NCBI GenBank assembly: GCA_019828565.1
Contig: JAHDYR010000056.1
Coordinates: forward strand, 1 to 55,954
Direction: 5' to 3'
DNA from: Carpediemonas membranifera BICM
Taxonomy: Eukaryota; Protista; Fornicata
DNA length: 55,954 nucleotides
Position 1 is the stretch's first letter. The number at the start of each line of letters is the position of its first letter. The position numbers and the translations under genes are program-made. The notes under the pieces were generated by a model. The model had not been told where the DNA came from and ran no database searches. It saw nothing but the letters and a program-made list of their open reading frames with translations. Positions 18,866 to 29,492 of this stretch are shown in pieces.

Positions 18866-19724
18866 AGATACAATTGAATCTTTTCAAACATATTTTCATG
18901 AAGATAGATCCAATGAAACTATGTACCATGAGCCCGATTGCTCAGTGATTATGTGATAATCCTGTGTGACCCAGGACAGCGTGCTCCTGGAATCAACAGG
19001 GCACAAAACACCCTGCGTATTCCGGTAGCACACCGTTCTGACTCATACGTCCGTCTCTGGTTGTCGTATACAGGTCTATTTACGTGTTTGGCGATGGCGC
19101 TCCCTTAAATCTGCTTGAACGGCGTGTCGTGGCTGTCAGTATGCTGCAAATGTCGCAGCGAGAAAGGAGTCACCAATCGCGTTCAGCTTTCTTGTTTCTC
19201 GCCTGATACTGCTCGTAATATCGTTCAAGCGTGAATCTATGAAGTAATGGGACTGAATGGCCTCTATTGCGTCAATTTCTTGCGTAATCGTTGTTGAATG
19301 GCCTAGAATAGATGTTGCAGCTGCTTCCAGCTCCTGTTGCATGCTAAATGCTGTGTTTTGGACAATTGGTCGTGTTCAGGCAGATTTTTTTCGTGCAAAG
19401 TGCAGGCTAATACGCGCCCTTAAACTGTGGGATCAGCCGCTGGGTAAATATACTGAGAAAAAACCATATAGCTGAGTTCACTGTCTTGTGCTGAATACGG
19501 TGGCGCCATTTATTTCTCTGAATCGCTAAGTTTTGTCAGCGTTGACCGCGCACGACCGGTCGTCCTTACGCGATGACACCCAGCCCATCTTGTAGGTCGG
19601 GTGGCCATACCTCGCGGCCTTGCTTGCTTTTTCTTTGACGAGCAATATTCCCTGAGTAATAGCCTCTCCTTTTCTTCCAATTCGACTCTAGCCAAGTCAA
19701 AAAACAAGAAATCGACCATATCTC

Positions 19725-19828
19725 AAAATCTAACAGGTAGATTCACTCTGAAAGTGATTATGCGCATATGTACCTCCTTTCAACTACTCACATAATCACT
19801 ATCGTAGTGAATCTACCTGTTAGATTTT
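19725..19828. other. Long hairpin/palindrome near the right end of the transposon
   Basis: Perfect 23-bp arms 19725..19747 and 19806..19828, plus inner 10-bp arms 19753..19762 and 19791..19800. Confidence 0.8.
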
Positions 19829-20010
19829 CTGTTATTGTCCATTTTATCGTTTCGTCTTAACCTGCACGGCGAAATGCTCAAACCAGGCAAGGAGTCAGAG
19901 CCAGAGCTTCTTTCCATGCTCTAAGTACATCATATGGACTCTCAAGAAGACCTTCGTTTATCTCTAAATAGCTTAAATTTAATGAATACTTCATTTCTGA
20001 GCAAGAAATT

Positions 20011-20085
20011 GTAGATTATCTAGCGTTTTGAGGTCGAAGATAATCTAGGGTTTAGCAAAGATAATCTAGGGATGTTGACAGCATG
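20011..20085 (-). repeat. Right terminal inverted repeat (75 bp)
   Basis: Reverse complement reads CATGCTGTCAACATCCCTAGATTATCTTTGC...CAAAACGCTAGATAATCTAC; followed by TSD CTT at 20086..20088. Confidence 0.95.
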
Positions 20086-20097
20086 CTTGTCAGACAT
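20086..20097 (-). other. Original first four codons (MSDK) of the Maelstrom-like gene, separated from it by the transposon
   Basis: Minus strand ATG TCT GAC AAG, preceded by A-rich AAAATTCGGAAA and an in-frame upstream stop. The AAG codon is the duplicated target. Confidence 0.75.
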
Positions 20098-20319
20098 TTT
20101 CCGAATTTTTGCTAATTTTCAGCAGCGAGACACTTGACTGTGCTCTGTTCGTGGCAAACTTGTCGTTGTTGTTGATTTTGCACGGCGCTTCTGTGCTTAT
20201 TAGTAGCACACATGAGAGTGGTCGCGAATTTGGATGCAAGAATAATCTTTGCAATTGTCCCCAAAGTTGCGTCACATTTCTCTACAAATCAAATGACCAA
20301 GAACGAGCCATCGATCTAC

Positions 20320-22821
20320 CTAAAGCCCTTTATGAAGCATATCACTAATGCCCGGGAATAGTGCCCCCACCGGAAGCCACACCCCACAACACTCTTCTAC
20401 TGCGGCCACAGCCCTCCCACACACCCCTGCAACACCCCATTCATCGTTGTAAAACCACGGGGTCGACTCCAGTCCTAGTCGAGTCATTCGAGTCATTGAC
20501 TTCGCAGGACTCGAACGTGTCCACAGGGCTTGGGCGAGGCCCGGGGCCTCAGCGATTCGCACAGTCCCAATGGCGGCTTGAACAGGGTCCAACTCAAGCC
20601 GAGCGAGACCTCTGAGTGCATTGAGCAGCCTGTTATCGGTATTAGTCGAAGGGCAAGGGATGCTGTTCGGGTCAGCACTGGTATGGAGTAAATAGAGTGC
20701 TCCGCTGACATTCGAAGTCACGACCCTACTGATCTTGGGAGGGCTGGGTAGACACGAAGCAATGAGCAATAATCCGTCTGAATGGGATTTGATCCCTTCA
20801 ATTGCCTCCTTCACCGCAGCGAAGGTCGACTCAAGTCCAACTTTGCCAAGCACAACAGACGCCAGCACCGCGAGATCCCAGAGGAAAGCCTTAACGTGCA
20901 CGCGGTCCAGCTTGCCGAGCACGTCGATGCAGACTAAAATTATAGATTTGAGCAAATCTTCTTGACCGCTTCCCGTATCAATAATGTTCTCGAGCAGACT
21001 GCCCGACTGGAGGGGAAGTCGAACCTGGCCGAGCGTACTCATCGGCTGATCGCCCAAATACTCTATAAACTGCACCGACTGCTGCAGCATGATCTGACAC
21101 AACTCTCGGGCGGGCAGGGTCTGCCATTCGAGCTGCACCGCGAGACCAAGGGCAGCAGTGCTGAGCGGCGCAGGAGAGGTCTGGATGAGCCATAAGAGCG
21201 TCTCCCGGTCTTCTTGGAGTGCGCGGAGGTCGGATAGGCTGACCCTTGACAATGAGTGATTCAAAGGGACTTGCCTTATCCTGCACCCTAGAGCGACCAA
21301 GGCGACCGTATCGTCGGCCGGGAAGGGCATTGTGGCGGTCTTCCCAGCGATGAATGCGGTCACTTCAGGCTTAGATTGGGCGGGGGCGTAGTGAATCGAG
21401 AGGAAGAGGGCCGTCAGCCTGAGTGCCGGGGTGTCTGGAATGAGTGGAATTTGATTGGCGATGATTGACTCGAGTGCTGGGCGATCGAACAGGGCGAAGT
21501 GGGTCTCAATAAATCTTACTAGAATCTGAGACACAAGATCGTCAAACTCAACCTCAGAGTTGAGCAAAAAGTGGACCAGCCCAGCCGCGTCACTCGTCTG
21601 CAGTGCCTTACACGGCCGTGACAACGCCGACATTGCGGTCAGACACTGACCCACGTCACTGACCGAGCAGACCGACTCCACTAACTCCGGCACGACTCCA
21701 CAACCAACGACGACCACGGCTGCGAGCAGACTATGCACAGCCTCGCCACCACGGTCAGCCAACGGCATGTACACCCTCAGAGCATCAAGCACAGCCTCGT
21801 CGCGGTCACCTGCAGTGTTTGCCTCGCACTGGGCTACGATGGCAGCGGTGACCCAAGGGGCGAGTGCCAGGGCCGTGTCAGGGTCTGCGAGCCGAATGAC
21901 ACCGAGTACGGCGGGGGCAGTGGCCTGGGCGACCTTCGCATGGGCTGGGTCGACCAGGCTGACTCCGTTCAGAGTCACAACGAGCTGGGGTGCGAGGGCA
22001 GCGAGGGTCGGAGCTACCTGGGGGAGGGCGGCCGGGCAGCAGGACAGGGCAAACCAGAGCTGCTCTACAGCCTCGGGAGTGGGGTCTGCCCGCGTCAGTG
22101 AGGCGATGAGTCCGGCAGCCGGGGCAGCAAGGCCGGGGATCCGGGTCAGACAGCCCGCCACCCGCACCAAGTCTGCGGCCGTAGCCGAGTCTGGCGCCTC
22201 GTGTGCCTCTACAAGCACGGCCAGAGTGGATATGGTCGCAGCGAGCAGGGGCGCATGGTGCGGCCGGGATAGGGATGCGAGGGCAGACGCCCTGGCACTC
22301 ACCCGGGACACTGCGTCCATGGGGCGGGTGAGGGGGGCTACAGGGAGTATTCTGAGGACTGCAGTGGCGATAGATGCGTCGAGCACGGTCTCGTCGAGGT
22401 CGAGAAGGGAAAGAAGGGCCGTCTGGAAGCGGCCGCTTGACATGAGGGGGGTGACGATGCTCTCGAGGTGTTCTGGGCTCATGGCGCCTAGGAGTAGCAC
22501 AGAATTCTTCGTTGAGTCTTCAGTGGAGGTGGTGATGGCCATTCTCACGATCTGGAACAGGCCGGGAAGGATTGGGAAGAAAAGAGTGAGAACAGAGGCG
22601 AGATTGTCCATCATATCGGGATTAGTTGGATAGGAAACAGCAGTGTTAACGATTTTGGCCAGATTGTTCGTTGAATCGTTCGATACGACCAAGTCTTGGC
22701 TGGATGATGTTTGACGAAGCGAAAGCAAAACACCAGGAAGGCAATCAGGCATATCTAGGTTGTCTACGATCTCTTGTATGTACTCATCGATCATTATCTT
22801 CCCAGACGTGGTTTGCTGCAT
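20320..22821 (-). CDS. Hypothetical alpha-helical (ARM/HEAT-like) protein
   Basis: Long Leu/Ala-rich ORF; first ATG at 22821; no motif recognised. Confidence 0.7.
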   Translation of the reverse strand: MQQTTSGKIMIDEYIQEIVDNLDMPDCLPGVLLSLRQTSSSQDLVVSNDSTNNLAKIVNTAVSYPTNPDMMDNLASVLTLFFPILPGLFQIVRMAITTSTEDSTKNSVLLLGAMSPEHLESIVTPLMSSGRFQTALLSLLDLDETVLDASIATAVLRILPVAPLTRPMDAVSRVSARASALASLSRPHHAPLLAATISTLAVLVEAHEAPDSATAADLVRVAGCLTRIPGLAAPAAGLIASLTRADPTPEAVEQLWFALSCCPAALPQVAPTLAALAPQLVVTLNGVSLVDPAHAKVAQATAPAVLGVIRLADPDTALALAPWVTAAIVAQCEANTAGDRDEAVLDALRVYMPLADRGGEAVHSLLAAVVVVGCGVVPELVESVCSVSDVGQCLTAMSALSRPCKALQTSDAAGLVHFLLNSEVEFDDLVSQILVRFIETHFALFDRPALESIIANQIPLIPDTPALRLTALFLSIHYAPAQSKPEVTAFIAGKTATMPFPADDTVALVALGCRIRQVPLNHSLSRVSLSDLRALQEDRETLLWLIQTSPAPLSTAALGLAVQLEWQTLPARELCQIMLQQSVQFIEYLGDQPMSTLGQVRLPLQSGSLLENIIDTGSGQEDLLKSIILVCIDVLGKLDRVHVKAFLWDLAVLASVVLGKVGLESTFAAVKEAIEGIKSHSDGLLLIASCLPSPPKISRVVTSNVSGALYLLHTSADPNSIPCPSTNTDNRLLNALRGLARLELDPVQAAIGTVRIAEAPGLAQALWTRSSPAKSMTRMTRLGLESTPWFYNDEWGVAGVCGRAVAAVEECCGVWLPVGALFPGISDMLHKGL

Positions 22822-22946
22822 CCCGTAGCTTCCGGTCTCAACTCCACCGAGTCGAAACGGCGCGGCCGCCAAAAGGTCAAAGCAAGGAAACCCCAAGGCC
22901 CCCCGCCCCAATAAGGATAATTTAACAACTATATACAGCCTCAGCC

Positions 22947-25900
22947 TCACAGCCCCCGTGGACTGGCCGGTGGCGCACCTCCAGCCGCGCTCTTCGTTCG
23001 TCTAGTCCCAGTCACGGTGCTCCTCCCGCCGAGAGAGTTGATCATCTCCGCCTTGAGAGACCTGTTCTCCCGCTCGAGTGCAGACATCCGCTGTCTCATG
23101 TCTGAGCGGCGGCCTGTGGCCTCGAGCTTGTGGCGCTGCTCGATCTGATTCATCCGCTCTTCGTAGCTATAGACCTGGCGCCTGAGATCGTCAATCTCGG
23201 CCATGGCTTCCTGCTTGACTGAGCGCTCCTCCACCAAAATCTTCTTCAGTCGCTTAATCTCGGCGTTCGCGTTCCGTAGATCAATATCCACGGCGGGCGC
23301 GGCGATCATGCTACTCTGCAGCGTGCGGATCTCCTCCTTCTGGCGCTTCAGGGTCTCCTTCAGCTTCACTACCTCCCCCGGATCTGCGACGGGGTCCTGT
23401 TTCGCCCTCGAGATTGCCATGGCCGATCTACGAGCCGTCCTACTCAGAGCAGACGATCGGGCAGCCTGTTCCGACTTCTTGCGGGATAGCTCGAGCTCAA
23501 GGTCGTTGGCGGCGATGGTGTTCTCGAGTTCGAGCATTCTCCGCCGCAAACTGGATTCCACCATCTCCGAGTTTGATTGAAGCGTCCACTTCTCGGTCTC
23601 AAGCGCCTGAACACGGTCGGTGAGTGTTGCGATTTGTTTCGAGCTGGCCTCCTGTCGCCCGTGTCTGTGGAGCGAGTGCATCGTCCGCAGCTTGCTAATG
23701 GCAGCCTCTTGCTCTCTGATGGTCACCTCAAGCTCATTGACACGCTCGTCGTAGTCGTGGATCAGTTGGGCTCGAGCCTTGGCCAAGCCCGTCATCGTGG
23801 TCGACCTGGCAATTCTCTCGAGCATCTCCTGCTTCAGGTCCTGCATGTCTTCGAGGATGGACTCATTGATTGTATTCTTGAAGTCGTTGAAGTTGTTCTT
23901 GATCAAGATGACTTCGGCGGCCTGTTTTCTCATCTGGCCATCAAGCTCAGCGGTGACACGGCGGCGGACGTCAGTCTCTGCGGTATTGAGGGCGCTCTCG
24001 AGGCGCTTGGCCTCTCTCTCAAGCTCGTTCGTCCTGAAAAGAATAGAGTAGTGCTTGGCCGCGACCAGACTGTCAGCCTGCATCTCCACGTTCTGAAGCG
24101 ACGCCTGCACGCTCTCCTCCAGCCTCCGCCGCCTGCTGACCTCCACGGCGAGCCGGTCGAGGGTGTGCCGCAAGATCGTGTGGTAAAACTGGTCGAGCTC
24201 CATCGACTGTGTGTGTGAGTCGTTGAACAAGGTCTGTGCAAGCTCATTGAGAATCCGGGCGAGCTGGGTCTCGGAGATGGCGTAGCCGGGGGCTCCCTTG
24301 GCAATGTCGATGCGGGAAAAGTGGGAGAACAGCTCCTGGACAAACTGGGTGAGTGTGTGTGAGTTCTTGATGAACCGCTCGTCCAGACCGTGGGCGGTGA
24401 GATAGTTGACTTCACCTAAAACTGCGGCTACTTCATTCTCACCTGCCTCGCTGGCAATATACTCCTCAGGCGATGGGAGACGGATAACATCCTCAGGCTT
24501 GCGTCCTTTGAGCGTGGAGTTGAGGAAGAAGAGCATCTTGGCGCGTATCTCGGTCATAGTGGCGGTCTGGCGGCGGAGGAGGGCGAGGCTGACAGCAGCC
24601 CTGGTGTGGAGGACGAGGCGGAAGAAAAGCTCGAAGGCGGGTACCGGTGTGCTTGGGAAGAGCATATCGGTGTCCTCTGGCAGGATACGGACATTGATGG
24701 CGTTCCCCTCGTCGTCCAAGTTTTCGAGTCGTTCTTCTTCCTTAAGCTGCGAAATCGTCCGTTTCTCAGCTCTGCAAACAGCAGTGACGACCTCACCGAG
24801 TTCGTGGAGGAAGTTATCAAGGATGTGGTGCTCGAAGACGGCGTTGGCGTCGACGAGTTCGGCGGCCCTTGTGGGGGCTGGCAGGCCCATGAGATCAGCG
24901 AGGAAGAAGTGGCGCAGCTGCTGAGAGCGGTGGAAGTTCTCGAGAAGCGCTAGATGCACGATAAGCGCGTTCACAGGCTGCGCGCCTTCGAAAATACCGC
25001 GGCGGGTAAACTCATCGTCGAGCACGAGTTCGCAATTAATCGAGGCGGCATGGGTCGCGGTGACGTACTTCATAGGCAGTGAGAAGATGGGCTCCGCTAT
25101 ATGTGGGAACGGATGCGTGTTAAACGTAGACAGCGCGCGAAGATCACTCCATCTGCGTGGAACTCGGAAGCCGTTAAAATGCCTGGCCTGACCGACAGAT
25201 CCGTTAAGATTGCTACTGCCGATTAGAGCGTTCGACACGACAGCGTGGAGGCTCTTATAAAGATGGGAGGTGGGTACCGGCGGGAGTGGCACCTGAGTCA
25301 TCTCACCCGTGTCCGAAAGTCTCGCCATGACAATGCGGGTGAGAGAAACAGCCGCGGGCCCTGCGTTGCTGGAGATGAGGTGGTTGAGTGTCACATTCAA
25401 CAGCAGTCTGAGTTGGTGGAAGTGCAGCTTACGGGTGGCGATTAGGAACGTCATCACCTGTGCAAAGGACGAAGAGGCGTCCACCGCGAGCTTCTCCTGG
25501 AGTGATCCGAGGGCTGAGGCCAAGTCCGACCGGATCGTGTCAGATCCCGCCGCCGAGGCACCAGCGAAACGGGCCTTGATGAGACTCGCGGCTACAATGT
25601 CATGAACAACCCTCGTGAGCAGGCAGACCGCAGAGAGCTGGACCGTGTTCTCGCCCATGGGCCGTGGGACGGTAAAGGGCGACCGGACCACATGGGTGAG
25701 CGTGGGGATGGTCCAGACGCTAGTGAGGCTGGTTTTGTTGAAAAAGAGGTCGGTGACGTCGGTAACGGTGGCCTCGACGCCGGTCAGCTCGGCTGGGCGC
25801 TCGAAGGGGATGGAATCACCGAAATCGTGGATCATGTACTCGAGATCTGTGGTGACCGACGCAATCTCCGCGCGATATGCAACATTAACCGCGAATTTGG

Positions 25901-28900
25901 AGATGATATCCGCGTAAGTGTCCACCAATCTTGTCTTGAGGGCCCTAATATGCTGCCTGTACCTCTGGTGCTTGTTATCAGACGCCGATAGCCCAGGCAC
26001 CTTCATATTCTCCCTGTATTCCTCGACAATGCTTGATCTGGCACTAGTGGCAGCGTTGATTGCTGGGATGAATGTGATCATGGCCTTCTGGATCATTGCA
26101 AAGTGCCAAGCCCGCATCGATGGGTCGTGTCTGGCTGCGATGGACATTTTCGCGAGCATGAGGGTGTCGTCGTCGGCGTCAATCGAGATGTTGCCGTCTG
26201 CGTCTGAAGCAAACTGGGTGGTAAGGAACGTCTCGTCACGGTACTTCTCGGGTGCCGCCTCGATGAGCGCCCGCTCCCTTCTGAACTCCTCTTCAACGAT
26301 GGCGTCAATGGCAAACTGGTTAGCCTTCGCCGAGGAGGTGAATAAAATCGACGTCGCCGCCTGCACTCTCGCAATAGCCTTGAGGTCGTTGACTCTGCTC
26401 AGGACCATGTCTTTGATCCCTTCCAGTGACTCTGTTGTGACTCCAGCAAATTCTTGGGCGATCTCTACAATCGCCAAGAGGTTGGGTTGAGCTCTAAAGT
26501 CCTGGACGTATTGCGATAGAACCTCTGGGGGTACGTGGATCAGGTCTTCATCACCACCAAGAACGGTGTCAGCCTCCCAGTTGAGTTGCGGCAGTGACGT
26601 AGAGGCGCGGGGCTGGCCTATGTACGCGCACTGGAGGATGTATTGGGCGCTGGCCTCCTTGGTCTCGAAGAATGAGTTCGCGATACGACAGCGGAGGACG
26701 GCAATGTTCAGAGCGTTGGTCAGCGTGTGGATCAGCGCCGGCACGGGGGCCTTGAAGTCCCAGACCGAGGCTGCACGCTGGCCGGCGATGATACTAGCTG
26801 GTTGATCCAGGGCGGCGTCGACCTTGGGAAGGGAGTAGACTGGGTTGAACACCTTGGGGGCGGTAGATGCGGCAGGACCGGTCGGTTCGGCCATGAGAAG
26901 TTGGGCGGCGTCTCTGGCGACGAGTTCAAGGGTGCATGGGTGGTCTATCAGCGCAGTATAGAGAGATTCTACGGTATACGTCTGCGGGTCGCGGTCTTGG
27001 GCGGTTCTCTCCTCAGTGAAAGAACGCCACAGGACAAGGGCTTCACGGGCAACGACGCTCATGGCAGCAACACGCGGTAGGACAGTATCTGGACCTGTAG
27101 CAGACCAGTGGGCCTTGACAAGATCTGATACAATCGACCGCAAAATCGGAATCACTTCGTGGAGCTGCTCCAGAGGTGTGTGGAAGTCCGCAATGCCCAC
27201 AGCAACACCACCGTGGGGGGCGACTGGGGGCGCGTTGAGAGGAAGCAGAGCATTGGGGACGCCGGGCTTGTCTGCATCGCGGTCGGAGATTTGCTGGAGA
27301 TAGAGCGTGTTCTTCTCAATGATAGAGGCCGAGATCTCCCGGATGAGGGCGGCGGTGACCATGAGCGAGGTCACTTGAGTCTGATACGAGTGCATGAAAG
27401 ATTCGGGGCAATCTAGAAGATCCGAATCAATCAAATCAATAATCTGTTGCATAATAGATTCGTTTGCCTTCGAGTCAATCGTATGCTCGTACAGGTCCAT
27501 GAGTGCAGACACAAGCTCGCGCTTAGCCGAGGCGAACAGGAGATGAGCCTCGTACATCTTCGTGAGGACGGCGTCGCGATCCACGCGAAGGAAGTTCTCG
27601 CCATCCTTAAGCCGCAAGTTCTCCTCCTTGTGGTAGATATGAGTCGTCGCCGTGCGCTTGATAGTCTCATCAATGTTCTTGAGCTTTTCTGTTGCCGAAG
27701 TGTAAAGGACTGACCGTCGCTTGTTGTCGAAAACGCGCAGGGTAGCCGCCTCACCGCCAGAGACGCCCGCCTTGGCGACCATGTCGCACCGGGCCGAGAT
27801 ACGGAGGCCGTCGCCGTCCTCGTTGATGATGTCCGCTAGTGCTAGGCTGAGAGCATCCGTGACGTCGCTCTTGGTCTGCTCCCGGAGGGTGTGTTCCGTC
27901 AGTGCAAATGGGGCGCCGCTAATGTCTGCCGAGATGGTCTTACGGACGGATTCTAGGGCGTTCAGGGTCCACATGAGGCCGTCTCTGAGCTGCTTCATCT
28001 TCATCGCTCTCAGGCCGTAAAGTGCGTGAAGTTTGTTCGCCGGTACATCGCAGGGGCCGAGGATGTCGCCTGATTGGGACCCGTAGGCCACTCTGGCGTG
28101 GGACACGTGCTTGTTCTGAAGCGAGGCGGCGACAGAAGTGCTTTCATGGATTGAAAGGAAGCCGATGGTCGCACCGACGAACTTGTCCATAAGAATCCCC
28201 TCGGCCTGCTCTGAAGCGTACTCCGAGGCGAGTGGGATAGACGCAGGAGGCACCTCGAGGTCCTCGCGGAAGTCCTCGAGGTAGATAGGCTCCTTGACGT
28301 TGCGCTGGGCGGCGGGGTTGGCGTGGCCGTCGACGATCGAGCTGTGAATCACCTCAAACTGGCGAACGATACCCTGAACTATCTTCCCAGCCTCGTTACA
28401 AAACTCAGCCTCATTCGTGCGTCCGTTGCGAGTCCTAGAGTTGATCCTAAAGTGCATCTTAAAGTGACCAGCAAGCTCGTTGAGCTCATCATCAAGAGCA
28501 CCCCGGTCAACAATCATCAGCGGAAGACCGTCGTCCCCAGCCTTGTCCATCACGTTAGCAACCATCCTAGGGAGCTGGATACGTCCACTGTAGCCGAGCC
28601 AGGAAAGACGGGCGATGAAATCACGGATGGCGACAGTCTGCGCATCGGCTGAAACTGTGGACCTAAGGGCAATGGCGACATCCTCCACATCCACAAAAGG
28701 CTGCGTCACTGTGCTCGCGGTGTTGTATGCGTTCACATCCAGGCCTACATGCTTCGTGTTGATGAACTCGCAGGTCTCGGCGACTCTGGCGGGAACAGGC
28801 ACGTCGCGGATGTGGGCCATGCTGTTGAGTCGGACGATGCGGCGGGCTATGCTGGTCTGTCTGTCAACCAGTGACGTCTGAGCCATTCGGAATGGGATCC

Positions 28901-29492
28901 ACACAGAGGACTTGACGCTAAAGAGAGACGTTGACTTATCTTCTTCGCGTTCACAGAACCGGGCCCAACGAAGCAATGACTTCTGGCGAAGGAGCATCAG
29001 GCGTGTGTACTCGTCGGTTAGAGTGTTGAGCACATGCGTCAGCAGTGAGGGGCCGTCAGTAATGGGCAGCGTGGAACTGGCGTTGTACTCCCGCTGAAGA
29101 ATATTGGCCCAGGCGGGGGCAAACTTGCGGGTTGGGATCTCAGTCGCCTTGTCGAGGACAGTGTTGCGAGCGTTGCGGAGCTCCTTCTCGCTGGGGACCT
29201 TGAATGAGGGATGGGCGAGGAAGGATCCGCGGTTGCCGCTGCGGAAGATGTCCTCGTGCTGGTTTTTAAGCGCTTCGCAGTCCTGAACGCAGCGCTCAAT
29301 CTGTCTTTCAAGGTTGCGATGCTCATCAGTGACGATATCAAGCTTGCGGAGCTCTGTTAGCTCCACGGTGCGCTCGGGCGCTCTACAAATCTTCTCTATC
29401 ACGCTCAGAGGAAGTGACTTCTCTGTTGCATCTGTTGCTTTCTTCTCTGGAGAGAGAGGCGACGGGTGTATGGTGCTGTCCCCTCTGTCCAT
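22947..29492 (-). CDS. Large coiled-coil protein, CCDC162/DUF4549-like
   Basis: 2181-aa ORF. N-terminal LLRQKSLLRWARFCE resembles the LRWxRFC motif of CCDC162-type proteins; long C-terminal coiled coil. Confidence 0.6.
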   Translation of the reverse strand: MDRGDSTIHPSPLSPEKKATDATEKSLPLSVIEKICRAPERTVELTELRKLDIVTDEHRNLERQIERCVQDCEALKNQHEDIFRSGNRGSFLAHPSFKVPSEKELRNARNTVLDKATEIPTRKFAPAWANILQREYNASSTLPITDGPSLLTHVLNTLTDEYTRLMLLRQKSLLRWARFCEREEDKSTSLFSVKSSVWIPFRMAQTSLVDRQTSIARRIVRLNSMAHIRDVPVPARVAETCEFINTKHVGLDVNAYNTASTVTQPFVDVEDVAIALRSTVSADAQTVAIRDFIARLSWLGYSGRIQLPRMVANVMDKAGDDGLPLMIVDRGALDDELNELAGHFKMHFRINSRTRNGRTNEAEFCNEAGKIVQGIVRQFEVIHSSIVDGHANPAAQRNVKEPIYLEDFREDLEVPPASIPLASEYASEQAEGILMDKFVGATIGFLSIHESTSVAASLQNKHVSHARVAYGSQSGDILGPCDVPANKLHALYGLRAMKMKQLRDGLMWTLNALESVRKTISADISGAPFALTEHTLREQTKSDVTDALSLALADIINEDGDGLRISARCDMVAKAGVSGGEAATLRVFDNKRRSVLYTSATEKLKNIDETIKRTATTHIYHKEENLRLKDGENFLRVDRDAVLTKMYEAHLLFASAKRELVSALMDLYEHTIDSKANESIMQQIIDLIDSDLLDCPESFMHSYQTQVTSLMVTAALIREISASIIEKNTLYLQQISDRDADKPGVPNALLPLNAPPVAPHGGVAVGIADFHTPLEQLHEVIPILRSIVSDLVKAHWSATGPDTVLPRVAAMSVVAREALVLWRSFTEERTAQDRDPQTYTVESLYTALIDHPCTLELVARDAAQLLMAEPTGPAASTAPKVFNPVYSLPKVDAALDQPASIIAGQRAASVWDFKAPVPALIHTLTNALNIAVLRCRIANSFFETKEASAQYILQCAYIGQPRASTSLPQLNWEADTVLGGDEDLIHVPPEVLSQYVQDFRAQPNLLAIVEIAQEFAGVTTESLEGIKDMVLSRVNDLKAIARVQAATSILFTSSAKANQFAIDAIVEEEFRRERALIEAAPEKYRDETFLTTQFASDADGNISIDADDDTLMLAKMSIAARHDPSMRAWHFAMIQKAMITFIPAINAATSARSSIVEEYRENMKVPGLSASDNKHQRYRQHIRALKTRLVDTYADIISKFAVNVAYRAEIASVTTDLEYMIHDFGDSIPFERPAELTGVEATVTDVTDLFFNKTSLTSVWTIPTLTHVVRSPFTVPRPMGENTVQLSAVCLLTRVVHDIVAASLIKARFAGASAAGSDTIRSDLASALGSLQEKLAVDASSSFAQVMTFLIATRKLHFHQLRLLLNVTLNHLISSNAGPAAVSLTRIVMARLSDTGEMTQVPLPPVPTSHLYKSLHAVVSNALIGSSNLNGSVGQARHFNGFRVPRRWSDLRALSTFNTHPFPHIAEPIFSLPMKYVTATHAASINCELVLDDEFTRRGIFEGAQPVNALIVHLALLENFHRSQQLRHFFLADLMGLPAPTRAAELVDANAVFEHHILDNFLHELGEVVTAVCRAEKRTISQLKEEERLENLDDEGNAINVRILPEDTDMLFPSTPVPAFELFFRLVLHTRAAVSLALLRRQTATMTEIRAKMLFFLNSTLKGRKPEDVIRLPSPEEYIASEAGENEVAAVLGEVNYLTAHGLDERFIKNSHTLTQFVQELFSHFSRIDIAKGAPGYAISETQLARILNELAQTLFNDSHTQSMELDQFYHTILRHTLDRLAVEVSRRRRLEESVQASLQNVEMQADSLVAAKHYSILFRTNELEREAKRLESALNTAETDVRRRVTAELDGQMRKQAAEVILIKNNFNDFKNTINESILEDMQDLKQEMLERIARSTTMTGLAKARAQLIHDYDERVNELEVTIREQEAAISKLRTMHSLHRHGRQEASSKQIATLTDRVQALETEKWTLQSNSEMVESSLRRRMLELENTIAANDLELELSRKKSEQAARSSALSRTARRSAMAISRAKQDPVADPGEVVKLKETLKRQKEEIRTLQSSMIAAPAVDIDLRNANAEIKRLKKILVEERSVKQEAMAEIDDLRRQVYSYEERMNQIEQRHKLEATGRRSDMRQRMSALERENRSLKAEMINSLGGRSTVTGTRRTKSAAGGAPPASPRGL

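Larger units (their letters stand above)
920..20085. mobile_element. Giant (19,166 bp) TIR DNA transposon, CMC(CACTA/Chapaev)/Transib-like, with multi-gene cargo
   Basis: TIRs at 920..994 and 20011..20085. CTT is duplicated at 917..919 and 20086..20088. Removing the element restores a continuous ORF (MSDK|YRVILEL). It contains a DDE transposase at 15009..17564. Confidence 0.92.

Noticed and set aside
920-20085. Polinton/Maverick, virophage or endogenous giant-virus identity for the 19-kb element
   Set aside because: No protein-primed PolB, packaging ATPase, capsid or retroviral-type integrase was recognised. The TSD is 3 bp rather than 5-6 bp, and a CMC/Transib-like transposase is present.
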